In this document: positions 19,853 through 31,375 of the stretch, in pieces
How positions within the stretch are numbered: position 1 is the stretch's first letter
How the letters are laid out: every line of letters starts with the position of its first letter
Assembly (NCBI GenBank): GCA_963818475.1
Contig: CAWFSF010000003.1
Span: 213,797-277,796, forward strand
DNA: 64,000 nt
Direction of reading: 5' to 3'
From: Nitrospirota bacterium
GTDB lineage: Bacteria; Nitrospirota; UBA9217
Position numbers and translations under genes: made by a program
The notes under the pieces: generated by a model
Database searches by the model: none
What the model was told of the DNA's origin: nothing
What the model saw: only the letters and a program-made list of their open reading frames with translations

Positions 19853-22634
19853 TCAGCCGCGGCCGGCAGGAACGGCGCCGCTCAACAGCTTTCTTGAGCA
19901 CCCCGAGCATTTCCTGCTCCTCGAACGGTTTTACCAGGTAGTCCTGGGCGCCCATCTCGATCGCCTTCTGCCGGTGCTTGTCTCCCGCGCGCGACGTCAG
20001 CACGACCACCGGAATGTTCATGAGCGCCGGGTTTCTCTTCATCTCGGCCATGAGATCGTAGCCGTGCATCACCGGCATTTCAAGATCGGAAATGACCACA
20101 TCAAACTTTGACTTGCCCATGATATTGAGCGCCTCCATGCCGTCGGGCGCCACTTCGACATCATACCCCACGCGGTCCAGGAACCGCTGCACGTATTTCC
20201 GGATGCTGATGGAATCGTCGACGACCAGGATCCGCGGTTTCCGCTTGGAGATCTCCGGAGCCGCCTCTTTGCGCCGCTACGATGCTGGCCGTCATCGTCA
20301 CCGAAGTTTCGTCGCCAAAGAGCGCGGCAACATTGATGATCAGCCGCACATTGCCTTCTCCGGAAATGGTCGCTCCGGAGAACAGCCTGACGCTTTTCAG
20401 GTAATCGCCCAGGGACTTCACAACGATCTCTTCCCGGCCGGTGATATCTTCCACCATCAGGGCAAGCCGCTTTTCAGCCATGCCGAGGATCAGCGTGGGA
20501 TGCCGGTAGGTCTCCTCTTTTTTCGGGAACTTGCCGACACCGAGGATTTCATTCAGCTTGTGGAGCCGCACCAGCGTGCCGCGCAGGTTCACCATCTCTT
20601 CTCCCGCAGCGCGCTGAATATCTTTCTCCGAGAACCGGGTGGTCTCTTCCACCAGGGTCATCGGAACGGCGAGCTCCTGGTCCTTGAATTTGATGATCAG
20701 GGCCTGTGCAATGGCAAGGGTGAGCGGCAGCCTGATCACGAACTTGGTACCCACGCCCTTTTCGGTCTTGATCTCGATCCGTCCGTTGATCTTGGCCAGA
20801 TGCGTCGAGACCACATCCATGCCGACGCCCCGTCCGGAGACCTTGCCCACGGTCTCCGCCGTCGAGAACCCCGGGCGGAAGATAAGGTTCAGGACCTCGG
20901 GGTCGGACAGTGCCTGCGCTTCGGCGGCGGTCATGAAACCTTTGTCCACCGCTGCCTTCCGGAGCATGACCGGATCCATGCCCCGGCCGTCGTCCTCGAT
21001 CTCGATCACGATATTGTTGCCTTCGTGCCGGGCGTTCAGGAGGATCGAGCCGACCGGCTCCTTGCCCGCCCTGGTGCGCAGGTCGACGGTCTCAATGCCG
21101 TGGGAAATGGAATTCCGGATCATGTGCATGAGCGGGTCGGAGATGATCTCGAAGATCGTCTTGTCGATCTTCGTTTCTCCGCCCTTCACCACCATGTTCA
21201 CTTTTTTGTTCTCGGCCTGCGCAAGGTCGCGGACAGGCCGCTGGAACATCTGGTAGAGCTTGTCCATCTCGACCATGCGGGCCATGGTGATCTCGTCCTG
21301 CAGGTTGGTCGTGATCGTCGAGATCCGCGCCGTATCGAGCTCGAAGGAATCGAAGAAGCCCGGCAAGCTCCGTCATGATCTCGTTCGTGTCGTTCGTGAT
21401 CTCCGTCAATTTCCGCGACAGCAGGTTGAAGTCGTCATACCGGTCGAACTCGAGCTCAAAAAAGTCCTGGTTCTGCTCGGCCGCGGCTGCTGCGGACCCG
21501 GCGTCTCATACGTTCATCGTGTACTCGTACTTCTCCTCGAACTTCTTGATCTCATGGAGCAGTCGCCCCTGGCTGAACGCCAGCTCCTCGCGGAGCGACT
21601 TGATGAAATCCACTTGCCGCGCAAGCCGGTTGCGGTTGACGATCATTTCGCCCACCAGGTTCATGAGGTTGTCGAGCCGCTCGATGTTGACACGGATGAA
21701 CTGCTTCTCGACGTCGATCGCGTCCGCAGCCCGCCGGCCGATGCCGCGCCGTTCCTGGGTCCCCCCGCGTTTTGCCGCTTCGATCTCATCTCTCAGCGAT
21801 GCAGCCTCAGCAGAGGCCGGTTCTGCTGCCTGTTCACCGGCAGGCGCAAAGGGATGGCGTTCCTCATCAAGGTGGCTTTTCCCGAAACGCGGAGCCGGAG
21901 CTCCCGGGCCGACCTGTTTGGCAGACGGACTGAGCGGGAGTTTCCCGCCTCCTGAAGGGGCCTGCGACGGTGCACTGATCCCGATGTCAAAGGTCCGCTC
22001 CCAGGCTTCGTCAACCTCGTCTTTTTTCTTTTTTGGCGGCGCCGGAGACACTGCTGGTGCAGCCGGGGCGGGAGCCGCGGCCTTGCCGGCCGGAGGTGAT
22101 GGAGCAAAGCTCTTTTCCCAGGCTTCGTCGAGCTCGTCCATCTCGACGGCGCCAAAAACCGCCGGGGCGGCGCCTGTGCCCTTCGCCTCGGCGGGCGCGT
22201 CCTTCTGCTTCTGCGGCGCAGGCGCAGCGGATTTATTCAGATTATCAAAAACGTCCTTGTATGACTGCGAAATGCTTTCTACGAGAAGGGGATCTTCGGG
22301 CTTGCTTGACGACACGCCGTCGACCAGGATGTTGATGGCATCGACGCTGTCAAAGAGGAAATTCAGCGTATCCTTCCGGATCGGGGCCGAGCCCGACGCG
22401 GAACTGGCCGAGCATGTCCTCGGCCTTGTGCGCCACATCGCTGATTCCCTGGAAGCCCATCATGGCGGCCGATCCCTTGAGCGTGTGCGCGGCCCGGAAA
22501 AGCTCGTCGATCATGCCGCTGTTCTTCGGGTCCTTCTCAAGGGACAACAGTCCCTTATTGAGGTTCTGGATGTGTTCTCCGGCCTCCATCAGGAAAAACT
22601 CTATGATCCCGGATTTGTCAAAGGGTGCGGCCAT
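19853..22634 (-). CDS. cheA: Hybrid CheA (Hpt-linker-dimerisation-HATPase-CheW-REC) of ChpA/PilL type, with multiple indels
   Basis: FRAAHTLKGS, LDNLMNLVGE, FFELEFDRYDDFNLLSR (ChpA-like), HMIRNSISHGIE, GRGVGMDVV and a C-terminal receiver DLEMPVMHG; reconstructed from five or more reading-frame segments. Confidence 0.9.
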
Positions 22635-22640
22635 AGGTCT

Positions 22641-24506
22641 CTACTCAATAAATCCGAGCTTGATCTCTTCGTCGCTCGTCGTGATGTCCGTCGTGATAGC
22701 CGGGAAACCTTCGAGCGCGGGGAGCTCCGCTTCGGCCGCCTGAAGCTCGTATTCCTTGCCCAGTTTGAACCGGCCAATGGCGCTGGTCAGCCGGGTCGAG
22801 AGGTCGGCCAGCTTGCCGATGGTCGACACGGTATCCTGCACACCGTGAGTGGTTTCCTGGGTCAGCTTGGATATGGTATCCATGGAGTGCACCACCCGCG
22901 CCGTGACCTCCACCTGGTCGTCGGCCGCCTTGGTGATGTCCGTCATGAGCACGGCGGTCTGCTTAACGATCTGCTCGATCTCGCGGAGTGCGGCGCCCGC
23001 CTGGTCGGCAAGCTTGGTTCCTTCCTCCACCTCGCGCGTTCCTTCTTCCATGACCGTCACGGCCTCGCTCGTTTCCACCTGAATGCCCTTGATCAGGCCG
23101 GTGATGTCCTTCGTCGCACGGGCGGCGCGTTCTGCCAGTTTCCGCACTTCGTCGGCAACGACGGCGAAGCCCCTGCCCTGCTCGCCGGCCCGCGCGGCTT
23201 CGATCGCGGCATTCAGTGCCAGCAGGTTCGTCTGGGTCGCGATCTCGTTGATCACTTCGATGATGGCGCCGATCTCGAGCGAACGCTCACCGAGGCCCTT
23301 GATCTTTTTCCCGGTGGTCTGCACGGCGGCCCGGATGCGCTGCATGCCCTTGATGGTCTCCGCCACCGACGTCCCGCCTTTGATAGCCGCCTGCGTGGCC
23401 TTGAGTGATGTCTGCGTTGCGGCATCGGCGTTCTGGGCCATGCGCTGCGTGGTGTTGGACATGGTGTTCACGGCGTCCGATGCGCTCCTGATCTGACTGG
23501 TCTGCTGCTCTGCGCCCTGCTTCATCCGGTCGGAAGAGTGGAGGATGTCGGTCGTGGACCGCTGGATCTCGAGGGCCACATTGTGCGCCTGGGTGACCAG
23601 CGACATAAGACCGGTGATCATGAGGTTGAATGCGTCAGCCACGGAACCCAGGGCGTCGGCGGTCACTTCGGCCTTCACGGTAAGGTCGCCTTCTGCTGCG
23701 GAACTCACGACCGACAGCAGGTCCATGACCTGATGCTGCATCTTGTCCCGGTCGGTCTCGGTCTGGATCAGACCCTGGAGACGGTCGATCGTCTGGTTGA
23801 GCGTGTCTCCCAGCTGCCCCAGTTCGTCGCCGGTTTTCACATTTGCTTTTTTTGACAGATCGCCGCGGCCGAGGGCCTCGGCCACGACCATCAGGTCCTT
23901 GACCGGGCGAATGATGCGGTACGTGATGAAGACGGTGAAGAAGACGATCAGCGACAGCGCCCCGATGCCCCAATACATGATCGTGGTGAGAAGGTTCCTG
24001 ATGTTCTGCTTGATCAGCGTCATGTTCAGACCGACATGCACCGAGCCGAGCGTGCCGTTCGCGATAGGTGAGGCGATGTCGATGATCTCGATAACGCGGT
24101 CCCTCATGGACACGGTTGCGGCCTGCGTCCCGAAGGGCGCGCCGGCCTTCAGCATGTTAATGCTCTGCAGCTCGGCCGGGATCACGTTCCCTTCGAAGGA
24201 GGACGAGAGCACCCGTCCCCTGCCGTCACGGATAAAGCAATAGGCCACGTCAGGCTGACTGATCGCTTCACCTTGTATGAACTGCAGCGCGTTGAGGTCT
24301 TCGACCTGCACCGGTTCAGCGGCCTTCACGCTCAGGCCGTCGGCCAGAATGAGCGTTTTATTGATCGCCTCTTCCTTGATGGTGGTCTGGATCTGGGCAT
24401 AAATGAAGAACAGGATGCCGGCGCCGAAAATGGCGGACATGCTCAGGATCATGAGCACGATCTTGGTCTGGATGCTTAGGCGTCTGAAGGGATTCTTGAG
24501 TTTCAT
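22641..24506 (-). CDS. Methyl-accepting chemotaxis protein (PilJ-like, two HAMP domains)
   Basis: Two TM helices, HAMP motifs (DELGQLG; [11 protein letters not shown]) and [36 protein letters not shown]. Confidence 0.95.
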   Translation of the reverse strand: MKLKNPFRRLSIQTKIVLMILSMSAIFGAGILFFIYAQIQTTIKEEAINKTLILADGLSVKAAEPVQVEDLNALQFIQGEAISQPDVAYCFIRDGRGRVLSSSFEGNVIPAELQSINMLKAGAPFGTQAATVSMRDRVIEIIDIASPIANGTLGSVHVGLNMTLIKQNIRNLLTTIMYWGIGALSLIVFFTVFITYRIIRPVKDLMVVAEALGRGDLSKKANVKTGDELGQLGDTLNQTIDRLQGLIQTETDRDKMQHQVMDLLSVVSSAAEGDLTVKAEVTADALGSVADAFNLMITGLMSLVTQAHNVALEIQRSTTDILHSSDRMKQGAEQQTSQIRSASDAVNTMSNTTQRMAQNADAATQTSLKATQAAIKGGTSVAETIKGMQRIRAAVQTTGKKIKGLGERSLEIGAIIEVINEIATQTNLLALNAAIEAARAGEQGRGFAVVADEVRKLAERAARATKDITGLIKGIQVETSEAVTVMEEGTREVEEGTKLADQAGAALREIEQIVKQTAVLMTDITKAADDQVEVTARVVHSMDTISKLTQETTHGVQDTVSTIGKLADLSTRLTSAIGRFKLGKEYELQAAEAELPALEGFPAITTDITTSDEEIKLGFIE

Positions 24507-24588
24507 GGTTTGCTCCTTACGTGTGGATATTTCACGCATGTAGCGGCAGAGGTCCTGCCGCCGGAAGACTCAGCGAACAACAATTCGA

Positions 24589-25086
24589 TCACGACAATTT
24601 GATTTCATCGATTATCTTTTCAACGTTCAGCAGCGCCGCCACGCCGTGCTCCCGCGGGATCAGGGCCAGGGCAAAGCGGCTCCGGTTCTTGCCGGCGGAT
24701 GACTGCAGGGCATTCTCCGCCGGGATCGCCATGAGACTGCTTTCCGGTACGGCGACCACTTCGGAGACGTCGTCAACAACGATGCCCAGCGTGATCGATC
24801 CGTGCTTTAAAATTGCGATCTGGCCTGGTTCAGACTGGCGTGGCAGGGAAAGCACCGGGCGGATATCAACGATCGGAACGATGTTGCCTCGCAGGTTGAT
24901 AATCCCGAGGACGTGCTGCGGTGTGGTCGGAACCGGGAACAGCTTCTGTGGGATGATGATTTCCGTCAACATGCCGACCGGTATGGCATAGGAATCCTCG
25001 CCGATACGGAAGAGGCACACCCGTATCTCTTCGCCGGGCATGATCTCGTTTGCGTTCGCAACTACATCACTGCGCATGTCGGCCAA
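24589..25086 (-). CDS. cheW: CheW (PilI-like)
   Basis: VPTTPQHVLGIINLRGNIVPIVD and GIVVDDV. Confidence 0.9.
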   Translation of the reverse strand: MADMRSDVVANANEIMPGEEIRVCLFRIGEDSYAIPVGMLTEIIIPQKLFPVPTTPQHVLGIINLRGNIVPIVDIRPVLSLPRQSEPGQIAILKHGSITLGIVVDDVSEVVAVPESSLMAIPAENALQSSAGKNRSRFALALIPREHGVAALLNVEKIIDEIKLS

Positions 25087-25103
25087 ACGGCCTCCCTCCA
25101 GGG

Positions 25104-25463
25104 CTAGATGTATTTCTTCACGGCCTTCAGCAGATCTTCCGGCTTGAACGGCTTGATCAAGTACTCATCTGCGCCCTGTTTCATCCCCCAGAATTTGTCG
25201 CTTTCCTGGTCCTTGGACGTTACCATGATGACCGGAATGTTCTTGTACTGGTCGTTGCTCTTTATGTCCCGGCAGACCTGGAAACCATTTTTTTTAGGCA
25301 TGACGACATCCAGAATGATGAGATCTATTTTTTCCGACTTCACCTTCGCTTCGGCAGCCTCCCCGTCCATAACGGTCACAATGGAGTGGCCTGTCGGCTG
25401 CAGTGCTGCCTGAAAGATCTGAAGTTCCGCCAGGCTGTCGTCGGCTATCAGGATTTTGGCCAT
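25104..25463 (-). CDS. CheY-like response regulator (PilH-like)
   Basis: DVVMPKKNGFQVCR and TSKDQESDKFWGMKQGADEY, which is characteristic of PilH. Confidence 0.9.
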   Translation of the reverse strand: MAKILIADDSLAELQIFQAALQPTGHSIVTVMDGEAAEAKVKSEKIDLIILDVVMPKKNGFQVCRDIKSNDQYKNIPVIMVTSKDQESDKFWGMKQGADEYLIKPFKPEDLLKAVKKYI

Positions 25464-25499
25464 TCTTGTCTCCTTTTTCAGTGCTCCAATGAATGTTAA

Positions 25500-25528
25500 A
25501 AATTAACACATTTCTTTGGTAGTGTCAA
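25500..25528 (-). promoter_or_regulatory. Putative internal sigma70 promoter upstream of the pilH-like gene
   Basis: TTGACA-17 bp-TAATTT on the minus strand. Confidence 0.5.
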
Positions 25529-25559
25529 GTTTTCGTTTTATTTTCCGCGGTCTCCGGCC

Positions 25560-26953
25560 TTATCGTTTCCGCCGGATCAGATTGACGGAGAGCAAAATGA
25601 AGATGCTCTTCGCCACATCGAACTCACCCACGTAGTCAGCATCAATGATGTCCTGGACCGTTCTCCTGCCGTCGATGAGCGAGAACACCTTGAGGTCCGT
25701 GTCGCTCATGCCCCGGGTCGTCAGCTCCTCGGCGTTGCCGATCATGGGTTCGAACACGATGTTCAAATTCGGGATCTTCTGCTGAATGAGCGTCCACTCA
25801 TCGGCCTGCCGTGCGCCTTCCAGCAGCAGGTCATCCACCTTGATCTGGAGCGGCACGGCGAAGACCGGCGGGGGAACAGCCTCAAAGGAAAAATGCTCCT
25901 TCCTTCCAGGCCATAACCTTGTACACGACCGATTCGGTGTGCCGGCGCAGGCAGTCGGCAAATGTTTTTCCGTCGAGCAGTTTCTCCCGGATGAGGACCT
26001 TGTCGACCTGCTCACCGGTCATCCTGGCGATGCTCATGGCATGCTGAAGGCTGTCACTATCGACGCGGCAGGACTTTCGGAGGAGCGTGTCCATGCCGGC
26101 GTTGGCATCGCTGCAGTTTCCCGAGGAAAAGACGACCGCTCCGTCCCTGAAGTAGATCCCCACCTCCTCGGACGATGAACGGATGGTCAGTCTGCCGGTC
26201 TGGCGCTGCATACTGAGCATCTGCATCACCTCGACGATCCTGAAACTGGCGAGGTTTCCCTTGATCCCGGCACTCGTCTCCTGCGGCGTCCTGCCGATCT
26301 CCTTGCGGATCAGTTCAGGCAGGTCCGTCGCAATGAACTCATCGAAGCACCTGGGTGACGATTGCCCGGATCGTCGCCTCTATGCCGACAGCGGCCGTGT
26401 GAGGCGGGGGCGATGCAGGAGAGGGAACCTGCGGTCGGAGACCCTCCCGCAACGGCGGCGGCTCAAAAGCCCGGGGCGCCTCGCGCGGCAAAGGCGGGAC
26501 ATAGGGTCTGGGAATTGATGGCGCAGGAGGGATGATCTCTCGTGTTGGCGGAGGCGAAGGCGGTGCTGGTGCTGTTGCCTTCGTTCGATCGAGCACCTCC
26601 CGGATCTTGGCGAGGAGCTCTTCCGGCTGAAATGGCTTGGTAAAGTATTCGCTGATGCCGAGGACATCAACGAACTTGCTGCCGACCTTGTCGCCCTTGG
26701 ATGTCACGAGGATGATCGGCGTATCCTTGAACTCGGGGTCTTCCTTGAGCGTCTTGCAGACCTGGAACCCGTTCATTTTGGGCATCACAAAATCAACGAG
26801 GATCAGGGCGGGCCGCTCGGACCGCGCCATGGCAATGCCCTCTTCCCCGTCAGAGGCAAGAACGACCTTATATCCCTGCGAGGCCAGGATCATCTCGATA
26901 AGCCGCTGAACCGTCGGACTATCGTCAATATCGAGTATTTTTTCGCCTGCCAT
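25560..26953 (-). CDS. Receiver-Pro-rich linker-DUF4388 (PatA-N-like) protein, frameshifted near 26345 and 25895
   Basis: Receiver DFVMPKMNG; then GIKGNLASFRIVEVMQMLSMQRQTGRL..IYFRDG..WKEGAF, and DDLLLEGARQADEW. Confidence 0.75.
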
Positions 26954-26980
26954 TCAGCTCCCTCGCGTGAAAAACATGTA

Positions 26981-27010
26981 ATAGTAGCACGGGGTAAAAG
27001 ATATTGTCAA
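26981..27010 (-). promoter_or_regulatory. Putative sigma70 promoter of the chemosensory operon
   Basis: TTGACA-18 bp-TACTAT on the minus strand. Confidence 0.55.
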
Positions 27011-27036
27011 CGCTTATCTAGCTCTCACCACGGCAT

Positions 27037-28230
27037 TTACAACCGCGCTGCCACGGCATCGATGAACTCTTCGGTCTGCGCATAGGTTGAAACTTTGGGC
27101 ACGGCGATGGCGGCCAGGTCCTTGGTCATCACGCCGCCCTCGATCATCCCGATCACGGCAGCTTCGAGCTTTCGCGCAAAGGCCACGACCTCGGGCGTGC
27201 CGTCAAGCTCGCCGCGGCGCGCGATCGCGCCGGTCCAGGCAAAGATGGAAGCCACCGAATTGGTCGACGTGGGATTCCCCTTCAGGTGTTCATAGTAGTG
27301 GCGCATCACCGTACCGTGGGCGGCCTCGAATACATACTTGCCTTCAGGCGAGACCAGCACCGAGGTCATGAGCCCCAGGCTGCCGAAGCCCGACGCGACC
27401 ATGTCGCTCATCACGTCGCCGTCGTAGTTCATGCAGGCCCAGAGCATGCCGCCCTCGGCCTTCATGATCTGCGCGACCGCATCGTCGATCAGCATATAGC
27501 GGTAACTGACGCCCTGCTTCTCAAGTTCGGCCTTTTTCGCCCCGGCCTCATGGTCAAACACTTCTTTGAAAAAGCCATGATAGGTCTTCGAGATCGTGTC
27601 CTTGGCGCCGAACCAGATGTCGGTCTTTTCAGCCAGCGCGTAGCTGATGCAGGCCCGGGCAAAGCTCCTGATCGATTTTTCCGTGTTGTGCATGCCCATG
27701 ATCACGCCGGGCCCTTTGAACTCATGCACGACGAGCGTCTTTTTTTCTCCGCCCCCGCCCGGCGTGAACACCAGCTCCGCGGTCCCGGCGCCGGGGACCT
27801 TGTACTCCACCGACTTGTAGATGTCGCCGTAGGCATGCCTGCCGATGCTGATCGGCCTCTTCCAGCTGCGCACTGCAGGCGGAATGTTCTTCACGATGAT
27901 CGGCTTTCGGAAGACCGTGCCGTCGAGGATCGACCGGATCGTGCCGTTCGGGCTTTTCCATGCCTGTTTGAGGTTGTATTCCTTGACGCGTGCCGCGTTC
28001 GGCGTGATCGTGGCGCACTTGACGCCCACGCCGAACTCAATGACCGCATTCGCCGCGTCGATCGTGACCTGGTCCCCGGTCTCGTCGCGGTGCTTGACGC
28101 CCAGGTCAAAGTATTTGAGGTCCATCGCAAGATGGGGCAGGAGCAGCTTGTCCTTGATCATCTTCCAGATGATCCTCGTCATTTCGTCGCCGTCCATCTC
28201 GACGATGGGGTTCTTGACAGTGATTGCCAC
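27037..28230 (-). CDS. icd: NADP-dependent isocitrate dehydrogenase
   Basis: [33 protein letters not shown] and EAAHGTV. Confidence 0.95.
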   Translation of the reverse strand: MAITVKNPIVEMDGDEMTRIIWKMIKDKLLLPHLAMDLKYFDLGVKHRDETGDQVTIDAANAVIEFGVGVKCATITPNAARVKEYNLKQAWKSPNGTIRSILDGTVFRKPIIVKNIPPAVRSWKRPISIGRHAYGDIYKSVEYKVPGAGTAELVFTPGGGGEKKTLVVHEFKGPGVIMGMHNTEKSIRSFARACISYALAEKTDIWFGAKDTISKTYHGFFKEVFDHEAGAKKAELEKQGVSYRYMLIDDAVAQIMKAEGGMLWACMNYDGDVMSDMVASGFGSLGLMTSVLVSPEGKYVFEAAHGTVMRHYYEHLKGNPTSTNSVASIFAWTGAIARRGELDGTPEVVAFARKLEAAVIGMIEGGVMTKDLAAIAVPKVSTYAQTEEFIDAVAARL

Positions 28231-28282
28231 GGGTTACTCTCCTTCATTATTCTGCGGGATTGCCGGCATCGGTTCGGAGGGA

Positions 28283-28311
28283 ATTGTAATGCGCAGGGGC
28301 AGGATTGTCAA
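28283..28311 (-). promoter_or_regulatory. Putative sigma70 promoter of icd
   Basis: TTGACA-17 bp-TACAAT. Confidence 0.6.
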
Positions 28312-28414
28312 CAAAACATTGCGTTTCGTGCCGGAGCAGGCTCCGGAAGCGTTATGAAGGGACCGGGGCTGCGTGCGCGGACTCGGTGCACGCAGCCCCG
28401 GAGAACAATGCTGA

Positions 28415-29105
28415 CTAATCTACGAGTGCAACTCCGGTGAAATGGCAGATGACGCAGACACCGGCGCCCATACGGCCCCACTGCGCGCTTTTTGATCCGC
28501 CGTGCACCGCATGGCAGGCCTGGCAGGCCTTGCCGAAGGTAAGGTAGCCAAAGGGCTGAAATATCGCCATGCCCACGATCGCACCGGTATGGCATTTATA
28601 GCAGATGTGTGCCTTGATCTTGACCAGCATTTCGGACTTACCCTGGTGTCCCGAGTGACAGTCGAGGCACGAGAGCTGCTGCGTCCGGCCTTCGAAGCCC
28701 ACGCTGGCATACAGCGCGTGCTTGTCATGCGGATTGATGGCCTTGCTGCCGAACAAGGCTTGATTGTAATGACATTTGCCGCAGTTCGTGTTCTGCTCCG
28801 TTTTGGTAAGCTGCGAGATCCTGTTCGGGACCGTTGCAGGGTTCGCGACATGCGCAGCAAGTCCGGAATGACAGGCACCGCACTCGTGAAGCTCAGCGAC
28901 CGGAATGACCGCCATGCGCTCCTCGTTGCTGTGGCGATTCTCCTTCCAGGACTCGTACTGAGCCGGCGTGGCAACTCTGGCATACGGTGGCGGCCGGAAC
29001 GCCGTCTGCCGGCCGGAAAGTCTCGATGGGCTGGAACAACCAGGTCCGGGCGCACCCGACAATCACTGCGAGCACCAACAATAAAGCAAGATACATTTTT
29101 TTCAT
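28415..29105 (-). CDS. Multiheme c-type cytochrome lipoprotein (7 CxxCH), frameshifted near 28965
   Basis: Lipobox IVGC; CQSCH in the first frame, then CGACH, CGKCH, CLDCH, CYKCH, CQACH and CVICH. Confidence 0.85.
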
Positions 29106-29212
29106 GACGGACTCCCTTCCAAATGATAGCGTAATATCGCGTTATGCTATAACTTTACCGCCGTACTCTTCTCCGATTTTAATGAACCATTCATTCCATA
29201 CCTGTGACGGGA

Positions 29213-29905
29213 CTACCCCGTTTTTTTCGTCCTCAGAAATACGACGACGGCGCCGCTTCCGCCCTTGTCCCGCGGGGCCTGCGCCACCTCGATGACCATG
29301 CCCTTGCCCTGTTCCCGGAGCCATGCGTTCACGCTGCCCTGGAGCACGGGTCCGTCCGGAGAATTGAGCCCCTTGCCCGTGATCACCAGCACCGCCTTGC
29401 TGCCGCGGTGATAGGCGCCGGAGATGAACCGCGCCAGCCGCTGCAGCGCCTCGTCCTTCATATAGCCGTGCAGATCCAGCGTCTCGGAGATGCTGATGCT
29501 CCCGCGCCTTAACTGCCGCGTCCGGCCCGCTGCCGTTCGCCGCTCCTCCCCGCCCCCCTCGGATTCGGAGACTGCCGAAGTAAAGGTCGTGCCCATCTTC
29601 TGCATGGCCTTGAGAAAAAGCTGCACGTCCTCCTGCGAGTCCGTCCGCGGCTTTGCTTCGGACGCCTGTTCGGCCCGGAGCGGCGCAACTCCGGGATCGC
29701 CCGCAATCCTTCGTGCGCCTTCTACCGAGCGCAGAAAGAGCGACGCATCGTCCTCATCCTGGTCATCTTTCCCGGGACGCGGCCGCGGTGCGGTCTGCTT
29801 TATTTCCTTGGGAACCGGCTGGGGGGCAAAGCCCTTGAGCGATTTGAACGGATTGGTCTTGAAATCAGCGGCAGGTTTTTCTTCAGTTTTTTTTGATTTT
29901 TTCAT
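29213..29905 (-). CDS. Smr/MutS2 C-terminal domain protein
   Basis: LDLHG, VITGKG and GGSGAVVVFL. Confidence 0.9.
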   Translation of the reverse strand: MKKSKKTEEKPAADFKTNPFKSLKGFAPQPVPKEIKQTAPRPRPGKDDQDEDDASLFLRSVEGARRIAGDPGVAPLRAEQASEAKPRTDSQEDVQLFLKAMQKMGTTFTSAVSESEGGGEERRTAAGRTRQLRRGSISISETLDLHGYMKDEALQRLARFISGAYHRGSKAVLVITGKGLNSPDGPVLQGSVNAWLREQGKGMVIEVAQAPRDKGGSGAVVVFLRTKKTG

Positions 29906-29967
29906 ACAGGCGTCGCGGGTGTGCGGTGGTAGCGGCAGGTTTTAAACACTGCCTTTACACAAGCAGG

Positions 29968-31202
29968 TTAATGATCGGGATAGCGTTCGGTGAGGCTGCG
30001 GATCGTCTCAAGACAGGAAAAGAACGTCTCTACCATCTCCGGATCGAAGTGCGTTCCCGACGAGGCCTTCAGCTCATCAAGCACCTGTGCTTCGTCCCAC
30101 CGCTCCTTATAGGTCCTGCGTGATCCCAGCGCGTCGTACACATCGGCAAGTGCCACGATCCGGCCGAATACCGGGATCTCCTCCCCCTTCTTGGGGAGCG
30201 GCGTTCCATCGCTCTTCTCGTAGCCGGGGATCGCCTTTCCGTCGCTGGCGTTGACGTGCCCCGGGTAGCCGGTGCCGTCCCACTTCTCGTGATGATTGAG
30301 GGCGACGACCGCGGCAGCGTCATCGAACTCGGAATATTTTTCGGAAAACAGGCGCGCCCCCATGACGGTATGGAGCTTCATGGCTTCGCGCTCTGCATCA
30401 TCGAGCCGTGCCGGTTTCTTTGAGAATGGCGTCCGAGATCGCCACCTTGCCCACGTCATGGAGCATGGCGGACATGCGGAGAATGTCGCGGTTCTTGTCG
30501 ATCACATCCCGGGGCACGCCCCGCTTGGCTGCCCACACCTCATAGATCGCAACGGCATAGGCGGCCACCCGGTTCACATGAGCGCCGGTCTCCTTGGGGT
30601 CCCGCAGCTCGGCCATCTTGATGGTCCGGAGGATCATGGAGCGGGTCATCTGGGCCCGCTCGATGGCAACGGCCGCCATGTTGGCAAAATGCATGACCAG
30701 GGGCTCGTCCTTTTTCGAGAAGGCCCGGACCTTGCCATTGGCATTCGTCCCATTGATCAGCTGGAGCACGCCGATGGTGTCGCCCCGGTTGGTCTTGAGC
30801 GGAAAGGTCAGCATGGACTGGGTCCGATACCCCGAGACGATCGTCGTAGTGACGGTTGAAGGAATAGGGCAGGCCGGACGTGAGCTTGTAGGCATCGGGG
30901 ATATTAAGCGCCTCGCCGGTGTTCGCCACGTACCCCGAGATCGTCTGGTTGTTGATCGGGATGGAGAAGGTGGAATAGATCAGCTTTTTGCCGAGCGGCA
31001 GTTTTTTCTGCTGCGTCTCGTTCTGCGTATAGCTGAACTTCAGCGTTTCGTTCTCTTTAATATAGATCGAGCCTGCATCGGCATTCACCAGCCCCCGCGC
31101 CTCGTGCAGGATCCGCTCCAGCAGCACATCGACGTCCTTGATCTCGGTAAGCTCGACCCCCAGCCTCATCACCAGGGTCAGTTTTTGTTTTTCCGTCAGC
31201 AT
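29968..31202 (-). CDS. GAF + HD-GYP phosphodiesterase, frameshifted near 30845 and 30420
   Basis: NADAGSIY GAF; RDPKETGAHVNRV, LHDVGK, HHEKWDGTGYP and ADVYDAL. Confidence 0.85.
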
Positions 31203-31207
31203 GGCCT

Positions 31208-31300
31208 ATAGTACTCATTCGCTCCGTGTTTGTCAATTACGCGGCATCGTGGCAAGGAAACCAGTTTGCGATTGACTCGCATGCGCTTTTTTGCTATAGT
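31208..31300. promoter_or_regulatory. Divergent sigma70 promoters for the HD-GYP gene and dksA
   Basis: Minus strand TTGACA-17-TACTAT (31236-31208); plus strand TTGACT-17-TATAGT (31272-31300). Confidence 0.6.
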
Positions 31301-31375
31301 ACGCCATTCCGGCCTTGGTGCCGCAGGTTTCATTGCAATCGCTGCGCTTCAGGGCAGCATGGTGAGGTAGTGACG

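Noticed and set aside
21500-21512. In-frame TGA in cheA as selenocysteine or readthrough
   Set aside because: It lies in a non-catalytic linker of a gene with many indels and is better explained by compensating errors; no Cys-equivalent site is evident.
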